A stretch of DNA of 64,000 nt from an uncultured Anaerolineales bacterium (GCA_964439175.1 CAYTNQ010000004.1:8759-72758); one strand, 5' to 3'. Shown: positions 18,418-26,847, counted from the stretch's first letter. Notes: generated by a model not told the origin, from the sequence alone. Numbers and translations are program-made.

Positions 18418-20106
18418 TTATTGCAGCGTACCGTCTTCGACACGATAAATACTTACGTTTGAGTTAGAGAAGGCCAGGGTAAGCCATGGCGAAGTCATAG
18501 GGTCATAGGCTCCTCCTTCACGTTCAGCGGGACCAAAGAAGACGTAGCGAATGCTGTATTGCTGGACTATCGCCTGCCGCTCAGCATCGGGTGTGGCCGG
18601 GTCAAAGAAATCTTCCACTATTTCCCGCTTGTGATTGAAGTCTATCGTCATCACGGCATTGGCCAGGAAAGCCCTATTCCCGGCTAAGCCGGGGATATAG
18701 TGCCCCGTCACAAATGCGCTAAGCACTACTTGGTCCGGGTTGGCATTTAACTCAAGCCAGCGCATGGCGGCCACTTCGTCCCGATGCAGATAGAAAGGAT
18801 AGGTGTAACGATGCAAATCCACGAAGCGCCAGGCAAACAGGTAAAGATTAGTCGGCAGGACCGCCAGCAACAGCAGGGCCGGCACCCACTGCACCAGCCG
18901 CTCTCTGACCAGCCATCGCTGCCACCGCTCCTGGCCCCATCGGGCTTCCAGCCAGGGGATGAGACGGTCGAACACAAAGTCGGTCGCCATGGCTGCCAAC
19001 ACGAACTGAAAGCCAGTTAGCAGCATCACCTGAAAACGCAGAGGAAGATAAATGATCAGCAGATTGACAATAAACCAACCCTTGAGAAAGAGATCACGAT
19101 TGGACTGCCCACGCAAGAGACTGGTCTTGGGCATCTCGAAGGAGCCCAGCCCTCGCACAAACCCACCCAGTGCCAGAAATAGGGGGATGCCTAACAGCAC
19201 CAACAAGTGCAATGGAGAAGGCGTAAAGGCCCCCAGGTTATCGTACTGCGCCAGCGCTCGCTGCCAGGTCGGGTTGGCTGACGACGATACCCAGCCAAAA
19301 TAGAGCGGAGCTGGGGCCGATACCAACACCACCACCGCCAGGCTGGTGAAGGTATGCCAGCGGAAGCCATCACGCAGGGTCAATAGAAGCCCGAACACAC
19401 CCAACACTGTCCATATCGTCACCAGGTCGTAAATGTGACCTAACCCCAAAAAGAGCGCCACTCCTGCCGCCGCCAGCGACAGGCCGAACCGGCCCCGCTG
19501 ATGCCCCAGCCACGCCAGACCCAAAGCCAGCAACATCAGCGCCAGCGCCAACGCCAGGTGAGGCGAAGCCAGCAAAACCCAAAAGGTGTTGCCGGGTGTG
19601 GTATAGATATCGTGGGGCCAACGTACGTCCGAGAGACCGTTGAGGTACTTGTCAACAATCCAGATCCAACCCAAGCCAGAGCTCAAAGTAGTCAGCCAAA
19701 ACGCGAGACGCCGCCGAGCCGGTTCGGCGAAAAACAGACTGGACAGCCAATACGCCACACTTACATACAATGGCACGGCTAACAGGCGGAAGAGTTGATA
19801 CACCTGCCTCAGCGACAGTCCGAATAGCTCTGCCGCCCGCCCCGGAATCCACCAATGCAGGTTGACAAAGACAGAGGGGTTAGGCTCCGAAGTCAGCTTG
19901 TTCTCAATGAAAAAGCGCGCGCCCGATTCACGCATCCACGACAGGTATTGTGCCGTGTCATGGACGTTGAAGATGACGCCACTGAACCACTTATCTGGTG
20001 GTGCCGACAGGTAGCCATAAACGTAGGGCAACGAGGTAACCACCAGCAACACCAGTGAAGCAATGGCCACCTCGCGCAGAACCTCGGTTTTCAGCCCACT
20101 GCTCAA
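18418..20106 (-). CDS. Large polytopic membrane protein, GT-C-like (function putative; start uncertain)
   Basis: More than 10 predicted TM segments plus a C-terminal soluble domain, embedded between GT-C genes. The listed ORF (to 20325) overlaps the upstream gene by 223 nt. A TTG at 20106 forms a TTGA overlap with the upstream stop. Confidence 0.4.
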   Translation of the reverse strand: MSSGLKTEVLREVAIASLVLLVVTSLPYVYGYLSAPPDKWFSGVIFNVHDTAQYLSWMRESGARFFIENKLTSEPNPSVFVNLHWWIPGRAAELFGLSLRQVYQLFRLLAVPLYVSVAYWLSSLFFAEPARRRLAFWLTTLSSGLGWIWIVDKYLNGLSDVRWPHDIYTTPGNTFWVLLASPHLALALALMLLALGLAWLGHQRGRFGLSLAAAGVALFLGLGHIYDLVTIWTVLGVFGLLLTLRDGFRWHTFTSLAVVVLVSAPAPLYFGWVSSSANPTWQRALAQYDNLGAFTPSPLHLLVLLGIPLFLALGGFVRGLGSFEMPKTSLLRGQSNRDLFLKGWFIVNLLIIYLPLRFQVMLLTGFQFVLAAMATDFVFDRLIPWLEARWGQERWQRWLVRERLVQWVPALLLLAVLPTNLYLFAWRFVDLHRYTYPFYLHRDEVAAMRWLELNANPDQVVLSAFVTGHYIPGLAGNRAFLANAVMTIDFNHKREIVEDFFDPATPDAERQAIVQQYSIRYVFFGPAEREGGAYDPMTSPWLTLAFSNSNVSIYRVEDGTLQ

Positions 20107-21740
20107 GACCGGGGCTGCAACCCACGTCCTTCCCTTCGAACGATCCAAAACACGCCTCCTGGAACCAAAATCAGGGGGAACAAACTGTACCAGGACGATA
20201 GCCCCACCATCATCCCCAGATTGCGGGTGATATCGCCAGCCCAGAACTTGGGCCAAAAGAAATCGACCAGCGGGTTGCCGATGATGACTGGCGCGAACTC
20301 TTGCCCCGAGACTGACGCAATCCACACCAGCCCAAACGAACTAACCACCAGGCCCCAGGTCAACATCCGCCACAGAGGCTTCTCTCGCCAGGTCCAGACA
20401 CAGAAAGCGACCGGCAGCATCAAAAAGGGCAAAATGGTCAGCAGATTGCGCGGCCCGATGGCGTAGCCACCACGCCAATCATACCAGGCGGAAACTAGTG
20501 CCAGTTGCGCCAGCACCAAACTCAGCCAGAGCACCGCTTCGCCCCGCCACCTGGGCGAGCGGAGAAGATACCAGAAGCCGGGTATCGCCAGCAACAAAAA
20601 GGGCGATAGGAAGAACAACCCCCGGTAGGGACTGAACGTAACCCCCCACAACGCTTCCAGGCTGGGCCGACTGAAGCCGAGAAAGCCGGTGTTAGAAATT
20701 TCCGGAAAACGCCCCAGGTAACGGTAGCTCGATGAAAAGGGGCTGCCAAAGGCAGAGGCATTGTACCAACCCAGAATCAGGGCAAAAGGCAATCCCCCCA
20801 GGCCGAGCTTGGCGATCTCCCACTTCCGCTCCAGAAACCAAAGGGCATACAGCGACAGAATAACCAGCAGGATCAGGGCCGGGAACTCAGTTAGCACGGC
20901 CAATCCTAGCAGCCCCCCTACCCCCCACAGCCAATGATGGCTTATCTCACACTGCCGGATACGATAGAGCAAATAAAAGGCAAAAAAGAGTAACGCGGCA
21001 GCAATTTGATGGCCATAAAAAACGGACGAGTAGGGGAAGACAATGGTCGCCAACCCGTAGGCGAGGGCCAAAATGACTCGCCCCAGGGTATGCTCGGATT
21101 TCGGGGCGAACCCTCCCGGCAGGTTGACCACGCCCGTCCAGCGACCATTGCCGTCCAGGGTATGCTCGGATTTCGGGGCGAACCCTCCCGGGGCGCCCAA
21201 TGGTCTCCCCCTCGGGGCAGGCCTGTGCAGGGGACCATTGGGCGCTCCAGAAGGATGTGTCAAGGTAGGAGTAAATAACCGTCCCATAAAAAGATAAAGC
21301 AACGCAGCCAGCAGGGCCGAAGGGAGGGAGACCGTGACGAAAGTGGTGGCGTAGAGAGCCGCTGCAAAGTAGACCTTTTGCTCCAGCAGCCCGGTGCCTC
21401 CTTCGCGCAGTGTACTGGCCAGGGCCTGGCTGCCACTTAGCCGATGCAATATGGCTCGCATCGGCGGCGTGTCGGCCACCAGCCTGAAGACAAAATACGT
21501 CGGCACTCCCAAGAATGAAGTACCGGGGGCTTTGTCGGTATAAATGTGGTCACCGTAGACGGCATAGTCGCCTGTATTCTCATAATAGTCATCAATGTGT
21601 AGTACCCCTCGCTCTACGATGGCCAACGTCAGATCCATGCGCGAGTTCTGGTTCCACTCCGCCCAACGTGGGAAGAAGTAACCGTAGCAAAAAAGCAAAA
21701 CAAAGAATATTAGTAAGGCAACTCGTTTTTCTCTGGTCAT
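20103..21740 (-). CDS. Polytopic membrane protein, GT-C-like, carrying an in-frame repeat-derived insertion
   Basis: Start preferred at ATG 21740 (MTREKRVALLIFFVLLF). The first loop, WNQNSRMDLTLAIVERG..YTDKAPGTSFLG, and multiple TM helices are GT-C-like. The loop GAPGGFAPKSEHTLDGNGRWTGVVNLPGGFAPKSEHTLGRV is encoded by repeat DNA. Confidence 0.45.
   Translation of the reverse strand: MTREKRVALLIFFVLLFCYGYFFPRWAEWNQNSRMDLTLAIVERGVLHIDDYYENTGDYAVYGDHIYTDKAPGTSFLGVPTYFVFRLVADTPPMRAILHRLSGSQALASTLREGGTGLLEQKVYFAAALYATTFVTVSLPSALLAALLYLFMGRLFTPTLTHPSGAPNGPLHRPAPRGRPLGAPGGFAPKSEHTLDGNGRWTGVVNLPGGFAPKSEHTLGRVILALAYGLATIVFPYSSVFYGHQIAAALLFFAFYLLYRIRQCEISHHWLWGVGGLLGLAVLTEFPALILLVILSLYALWFLERKWEIAKLGLGGLPFALILGWYNASAFGSPFSSSYRYLGRFPEISNTGFLGFSRPSLEALWGVTFSPYRGLFFLSPFLLLAIPGFWYLLRSPRWRGEAVLWLSLVLAQLALVSAWYDWRGGYAIGPRNLLTILPFLMLPVAFCVWTWREKPLWRMLTWGLVVSSFGLVWIASVSGQEFAPVIIGNPLVDFFWPKFWAGDITRNLGMMVGLSSWYSLFPLILVPGGVFWIVRREGRGLQPRS
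21083..21191. repeat. 72-bp-period tandem duplication inside the GT-C-like CDS
   Basis: The 37-nt string CCAGGGTATGCTCGGATTTCGGGGCGAACCCTCCCGG occurs at 21083-21119 and again at 21155-21191. The period is 72 bp (24 codons), so the duplication is in frame. Confidence 0.85.
21190..21248. repeat. Palindromic (REP-like) element inside the CDS
   Basis: GGGGCGCCCAATGGTC (21190-21205) is a 15/16 reverse-complement match to GACCATTGGGCGCTCC (21233-21248). The G/C-rich core reads CCCCTCGGGGCAGGCCTGTGCAGGGG. The right arm and core recur at about 21849-21890 in the 5' leader of the same gene. Confidence 0.8.
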
Positions 21741-21919
21741 TGTCTCGTTAGTTGTGAGTACACCCAGTTTTTCGGGGTGAACCCTCCTGCAGGTTTTGGC
21801 TGAATAAGCTGCGACTTTTAACAGCAACCTGCCCCGTGGGGGGCTTTCCCCTGTGCAGGCCTGCCCCGAGGGGGGACCATTGGGCGCTCCGGGAGAGTGT
21901 GCTCTAAACCGCTGCTAAG

Positions 21920-21975
21920 ACTTTAGCATAGGATAGTAGGAACTCAATGTGAGACTAGTTAGAAAAAAGTTAGAG
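21920..21975 (-). promoter_or_regulatory. Shared promoter/operator cassette, copy A (upstream of 20103..21740 unit)
   Basis: The minus strand reads TCTAAC-TTTTT-TCTAAC-TAG-TCTCAC-A-TTGAGT-(16 nt)-TGC-TAAAGT. It is 50/55 identical to copy B. Confidence 0.6.
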
Positions 21976-21989
21976 ATCCAAATGCACCT

Positions 21990-23120
21990 TCATCTTGAAT
22001 TCGGTACGTAAGACGACGCTGTCCGAATAGCTTTCACAATACGTTGACTGGCGCGACCATCACCATAAGGATTGGCCCCTTGAGCCATACGCTGATAAGC
22101 CAGCCCATTCTCCAGCAAGGTAACAACCTCGCTGACAATGGCCTGTTCATCCGTGCCAACCACCTTGACCACGCCAGCCCCCACCCCCTCCGGGCGCTCA
22201 GTAACCTCACGCAACACCAGCACTGGCACTCCCAAACTGGGTGCTTCCTCCTGCAAGCCACCAGAGTCGGTCAGGATCAGATAAGCTTCGCTCATCAGCC
22301 GGACAAAGTCGTAGTAACCCAATGGCTCCATCAAGGTGATATTAGGAATATTCCCCAGCATCTCATGCACCGGTCCGAGCACATTGGGATTAGGATGCAC
22401 CGGATAGACAAGCTGAACACCTCCGGGATAGAGAGCAGCGATTTCAGCCAAGGCGCGACAGATGCGCATCAAAGGCCGGCCGAAATTCTCACGCCGATGG
22501 GCGGTGACCAGGATAAGCCGACGGCCATTGCTTGTCCATTGTCGAGAGGAATCCTCCTCCTGCTTCAACCGGCAAACAGTCATCAATAAAGCGTCAATGA
22601 CCGTGTTGCCAGTCACCACAATGGCTGATTCGGGTACTCCTTCACGCAGTAGATTCTGCTTGCTGCCCTCGGTCGGCGCAAAGTAGAGATCAGCCAGCAC
22701 ATCAGTGAGACGACGGTTTATTTCCTCAGGATAAGGCTGCCATTTATCGTTGGTGCGCAGGCCGGCCTCCACGTGTCCTACCCGAGCCTGATGATAGTAA
22801 GCGACCAGGCTGGCAACCATTACTGTGGTGGTATCTCCCTGCACCAGCACCCAATCGGGCCGTTCCTGAGCCACGACTTGATCCAGGCGAGTCAGAACGT
22901 TTGCCGTGAGCTGCGATAACGTTTGACCCGGCAGCATAACGTCCAGATCGTAGTCGGACTGGATGTCGAAGATATTCAATACCTGGTCGAGCATCTCCCG
23001 ATGTTGGGCCGTGGCGCAGTTCACCGATTGGATTTCGCCGGGGTATTTCTCCAGTTCCTTGATGACCGGGGCCATTTTGATGGCCTCTGGGCGAGTGCCA
23101 AAAACAGTGAGGACTTTCAC
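21990..23120 (-). CDS. wecB: UDP-N-acetylglucosamine 2-epimerase (non-hydrolysing)
   Basis: N-terminus (M)KVLTVFGTRPEAIKMAPV, plus the DSGGLQEEAPSLGVPVLVLREVTERPEG block, at 376 aa. These are hallmarks of WecB/MnaA. The GTG start forms a GTGA overlap with the upstream stop. Confidence 0.9.
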   Translation of the reverse strand: MKVLTVFGTRPEAIKMAPVIKELEKYPGEIQSVNCATAQHREMLDQVLNIFDIQSDYDLDVMLPGQTLSQLTANVLTRLDQVVAQERPDWVLVQGDTTTVMVASLVAYYHQARVGHVEAGLRTNDKWQPYPEEINRRLTDVLADLYFAPTEGSKQNLLREGVPESAIVVTGNTVIDALLMTVCRLKQEEDSSRQWTSNGRRLILVTAHRRENFGRPLMRICRALAEIAALYPGGVQLVYPVHPNPNVLGPVHEMLGNIPNITLMEPLGYYDFVRLMSEAYLILTDSGGLQEEAPSLGVPVLVLREVTERPEGVGAGVVKVVGTDEQAIVSEVVTLLENGLAYQRMAQGANPYGDGRASQRIVKAIRTASSYVPNSR

Positions 23121-24367
23121 CTTTGCTCTCCATGGGCTGTACGAATCCAGGTTACCGGCTTACTGCCAAAACGCGCAGCCAGTGCCAACCAGGTTCGCCA
23201 AAGAATAAAAAGCGGCCCTGACAGAATCGCCAGGTAAGCCCTAAGCGGAGCTTTCTCCAAAGCCAGGCCGATAAGCGGATAGACAAAAAGTACGCCCATA
23301 ACCGCCGCCCATGCGCCGACGACACCCCATGCGAAGATTGGACCAACCAGCCAATTGGCCAACACCTGAATCGCCAGAGACATGGCACTTATCATCGTGA
23401 GCGTCGAATAGGAGGGAAGATAGGCTTGAAGCGCACCGTCCAACAATGCCATATCTCGACGCTTGATTCCTTCCATCAGCAGGAGGCGCGCGAACTGCTG
23501 GCTGGCATCGCGCGTACCGCGCAGCCAACGTGCCCGTTGCGCTCGGGCCTGGGCCCAGGTGCGAGGTGCTTCACCATAGCCTATCGCAGCCGGTTCGTAA
23601 GCAATTTTGATACCTTCCAGGAGAAGTCTTTGGCGCAACTGGTAGTCCTCCGTCAGACCTTCCCCCCAGCCTATTTTGTGTAGTACATCGGCACGAAAGC
23701 AGATTGAGTCGCCCATATGCTTGGCCGACCAACCAAGATTGGAACGACCAAGGTTCTGAAACCTATTGTCAACCAGGAACATCGCCCACGTCAACGCTGG
23801 AAACCAACCGCTTTCAGGATTACTAATGACGTGCTGTCCCTGGATCACTTGGTCACCCTGGGCCAAGCGAGCGTCCATAACACGCAAAAAATTGGGATCG
23901 ACTTGCGTATCAGAGTCAAAGACCACAACGGCATCACAATTATCATCCAAGATTTGTTGGAACAACCAGGAGAGGGCTGCTCCCTTGCCATTTCTGGGAC
24001 CCTCATTGCGCTCATGCACAACCGCGCCAGCCCGACGTGCCAGAGCCGCAGTATTGTCCGAACAATGATCCGCTACAATGTGGATACTGAACAAGTCCGC
24101 TGGATAGTCTAGTGTGTGCATTCGCTGGACTGTGGCTTCAATAACATTCGCCTCATTGTGAGCTGGGATGGCAATGATGAAACGATTCGATGGACGCCGG
24201 CCGCGTATTGCCTGTAGCGATACAGGACGTACCAATCCCAATACAAGGAGAAGCAAATATCCCAAAGGCAAAACGCTAATAAGCAAAGCAATTAGAGAAA
24301 CAGTTGTCACAATCTCCATCACAATCCCCCACCCTATCCGGGTAGAAAGCCAATGACGACAGGTCAC
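23117..24367 (-). CDS. Membrane-embedded synthase-type GT2 glycosyltransferase (PgaC/IcaA/NodC-like)
   Basis: N-terminal TM, then FIIAIPAHNEANVIE, VVFDSDTQV (DxD) and QRARWLRG (the Q-x-x-RW motif of processive GT2 synthases). C-terminal TM helices follow. Confidence 0.7.
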   Translation of the reverse strand: MTCRHWLSTRIGWGIVMEIVTTVSLIALLISVLPLGYLLLLVLGLVRPVSLQAIRGRRPSNRFIIAIPAHNEANVIEATVQRMHTLDYPADLFSIHIVADHCSDNTAALARRAGAVVHERNEGPRNGKGAALSWLFQQILDDNCDAVVVFDSDTQVDPNFLRVMDARLAQGDQVIQGQHVISNPESGWFPALTWAMFLVDNRFQNLGRSNLGWSAKHMGDSICFRADVLHKIGWGEGLTEDYQLRQRLLLEGIKIAYEPAAIGYGEAPRTWAQARAQRARWLRGTRDASQQFARLLLMEGIKRRDMALLDGALQAYLPSYSTLTMISAMSLAIQVLANWLVGPIFAWGVVGAWAAVMGVLFVYPLIGLALEKAPLRAYLAILSGPLFILWRTWLALAARFGSKPVTWIRTAHGEQR

Positions 24368-24368
24368 C

Positions 24369-25523
24369 TCATCCTATATGAGATGACAGATCACTCCCAT
24401 TTTCCACCTTGTCCAACATCAGCAAGGCATCGATGAAGAACTTTACGGCCCAGTTAGGATATTTGAAACGTTCGTACCGGCCATAGATCGGGTAAGACCC
24501 TGCAACGGCCCCTCGGACATTAGGATTAGACGTTTTCAAATTCTGGGTGCGGGCAACGAATGCGATGGCCTTCTTGGCGGCGGCGTAGTAAATCGGATTG
24601 CTGCCGGTCTCATACAAACGCAGCCATAGATGGCTCATCTGACAATTACCTGTCAGACAACTCGAAGAGCTTGTCGCGCGCCACGCTGAGCCATAGGTAC
24701 TGGCCAAGCTACCATCAGGGCACTGGCAGGCCAAAAGCGCATCGGCCGTCAGTTGGGCTGCTTCAACATAACGCGCCTCATTAAGCAACAAGCCACACTC
24801 AAATAGCCCCTCGGCCGTATAGGCCAGCGTGTGAGTGAATGGATCCTCCCCTTCAACGAAGGCGCAGTGCCGGAACCAGCCATCAGCATCCTGTTGCTGC
24901 TTCGCCCATTCCAGGTTACGCACGGCTGCTTGGCGATAGGTATCCCGACCAGCGTACCAGTGTAGCTCGAGCAGTGCCCACGCCACGCGCGTGTCGATCA
25001 CCTTTTCCACATCCAGGTACTGATAATTCTTCCAGGAACCTGAGGAATGCTGGACTGAGACTAGCCAGTCGCCAGCACGCATTGCCACATCCAGGTATCG
25101 CTCGTCGCCGCTCGCCTCAAAGGCAGCCAACCAGCCAAATATCACCTGGCCCGTATCAAATACAATAGGATAGGCTCTCGAACTTGCCCAATGCTCCACG
25201 CCGCCATCGGGCGTCGTGCTTTTCAGCAGATAATCAGCCAGAGAGAGAGCCAGTGTCCGCAAATCAGGGCGGTCAAGCACCACTGCTGCGTTAAGCAAGG
25301 TCGGAATTGTGTATCCAGTTGTCTCAGGGTAGGACGGGAACCAACGACTGCGCAACAGGTGGTAGCCTTTTGAGATGCCGCTACGACCAGCCTTAGCATA
25401 AGCGAGCCGAATCCAGTCAATCGCCGCATTCAAGCGATCCTTTATCTGCAAACCATCTGTAGACAATACGCCAGGCCCACGCAACCCAACCCAAACCTCC
25501 TGGAACGCTGAAAGATCGACCAT
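24369..25523 (-). CDS. Alpha/alpha-toroid-like protein (prenyltransferase/terpene-cyclase or six-hairpin glycosidase-like fold), function unknown
   Basis: Repeated helical-hairpin pattern with Trp/Gly-rich turns (GGVEHWA, SGSWKNY, DADGWFRH, CPDGSLAS). No signal peptide or TM. The fold call is pattern recognition only. Confidence 0.3.
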   Translation of the reverse strand: MVDLSAFQEVWVGLRGPGVLSTDGLQIKDRLNAAIDWIRLAYAKAGRSGISKGYHLLRSRWFPSYPETTGYTIPTLLNAAVVLDRPDLRTLALSLADYLLKSTTPDGGVEHWASSRAYPIVFDTGQVIFGWLAAFEASGDERYLDVAMRAGDWLVSVQHSSGSWKNYQYLDVEKVIDTRVAWALLELHWYAGRDTYRQAAVRNLEWAKQQQDADGWFRHCAFVEGEDPFTHTLAYTAEGLFECGLLLNEARYVEAAQLTADALLACQCPDGSLASTYGSAWRATSSSSCLTGNCQMSHLWLRLYETGSNPIYYAAAKKAIAFVARTQNLKTSNPNVRGAVAGSYPIYGRYERFKYPNWAVKFFIDALLMLDKVENGSDLSSHIG

Positions 25524-25579
25524 CTTTTTTATGTCCTTCCTGACACCAGCCGCTGACAGCTAACTCGACGGGATGATCT

Positions 25580-26620
25580 TTACGAACTTCCTTGATTTGC
25601 GAATGTCTTCAAAGGAGTTTGTGCAATCCCAGTAATTAGCTTCCACATACGGCGAACGGGCCAAATAACTGAACGCCCCCACATCACTGAGAATCGAGGT
25701 ATTAAACGTCCCCCGAATCCTCTGAAAAAGATTTCTACACTGGGTACATCTGATCCATCAAAGTCGAATTCCGTTACACCGATTTCTTCGTTGCAGAAAC
25801 GTATGCACTCCCACAGTAGCAAGGCCATACAATTTCCACTGGCAATGTCTCGATTCATCCCGCTTAGGAGATAATACGCTCTTTTATGATCCCAAACCAA
25901 GATCGCTCCAGCGCAAACTCTACCAGAGGTGTCCTTGATTTGGAGAAACTTTGCTCGGTTCTTTGTCGATATTGCTGTGTACCAACTCCGGATCTCCCCA
26001 ACTCTACCCAGTATTAAGCGTTTGTTGTGAGTTGCCAAAGAGTGCATCAAGAGCGGAAAAAACTCATCCAGATTATCGCTCAATTCACACGATAGTCCTT
26101 CTTCATAGCCTTTTCTGATCTTGCGCCTCCTGTCCTGATTCAGATCCTTCCATACGCGGTCCATATCGTCTAGTTCAATAACATACGTATACTCAATATT
26201 TACATTGAATCCGTTCTGCTGGAACGGTTGTATATCCATCTGGTTAGGGGAAAGAGGTATCCTGATGAAATCACAAAAGGTCGTAACGTGATGAATCAAC
26301 GATAAAGCAATCTCTTTCTCCAATGTCAACGCTCGGTGGTACTTTCCGTCTGTCTTACTTATCACCGGACCCAGATAGGGGGTCAGATAAGGTGGCCTGG
26401 CAACCGTCAACCCCGCTATCTGCTGGTACAACAAGGGCATACCTCCAGTAAGCACTCCAGCTTCATTGTAACAACCGACCACAGCAATTGACCTGCCAAA
26501 CGACTTCAACCAGTGAGTCTGGTGAAACAAAGTTCCGCTTTCTGAAGTCTCGACAAAATCATCCCAAAGTTCATAATCATCCTCAGGCAATAGCCTGGAT
26601 TGATACTTATATTCGGACAT
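25580..26620 (-). CDS. FemAB/GNAT-like acyl- or aminoacyl-transferase (Acetyltransf_6-like)
   Basis: The N-terminal block YELWDDFVETSESGTLFHQTHWLKSFG and the C-terminal block AGAILVWDHKRAYYLLSGMNRD resemble FemAB-like or BioF2-like GNAT proteins found in glycan loci. ATG 26620 has a TGGAGG SD. GC is lower than its neighbours. Confidence 0.5.
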   Translation of the reverse strand: MSEYKYQSRLLPEDDYELWDDFVETSESGTLFHQTHWLKSFGRSIAVVGCYNEAGVLTGGMPLLYQQIAGLTVARPPYLTPYLGPVISKTDGKYHRALTLEKEIALSLIHHVTTFCDFIRIPLSPNQMDIQPFQQNGFNVNIEYTYVIELDDMDRVWKDLNQDRRRKIRKGYEEGLSCELSDNLDEFFPLLMHSLATHNKRLILGRVGEIRSWYTAISTKNRAKFLQIKDTSGRVCAGAILVWDHKRAYYLLSGMNRDIASGNCMALLLWECIRFCNEEIGVTEFDFDGSDVPSVEIFFRGFGGRLIPRFSVMWGRSVIWPVRRMWKLITGIAQTPLKTFANQGSS

Positions 26621-26689
26621 AGTCAATTGCCTCCATATATTTCTAGCATCAAGCAACGCATGTTGTAGACAGATTGTAACTACTCAGCT

Positions 26690-26787
26690 ACCCTTGCGAA
26701 GGTTGCGAATAGCTTTGCACACAGGGCAATTTTCGGTAGGCCGGGACACTTTCGCTCTGAAAATTCTTACCAAACCTTCGCAAGGGT
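26690..26787. repeat. Intergenic long hairpin element (15-bp stem, 68-nt loop), sibling of 51355..51454
   Basis: ACCCTTGCGAAGGTT (26690-26704) is the perfect reverse complement of AACCTTCGCAAGGGT (26773-26787). An outer CTACTCAG/CTGAGTAG pair extends it. Confidence 0.8.
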
Positions 26788-26847
26788 TATCTGGCCTGAG
26801 TAGTAACGACAGATTTTCGAATAATTGTGACCAAGGACTCCGTAGAT

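Noticed and set aside
20107-20325. N-terminal extension of ORF 18418..20325 overlapping the upstream gene by 223 nt
   Set aside because: The extension is Arg-rich and non-hydrophobic and overlaps a coding membrane protein. The first TM begins just after the TTG at 20106. The true start remains uncertain.
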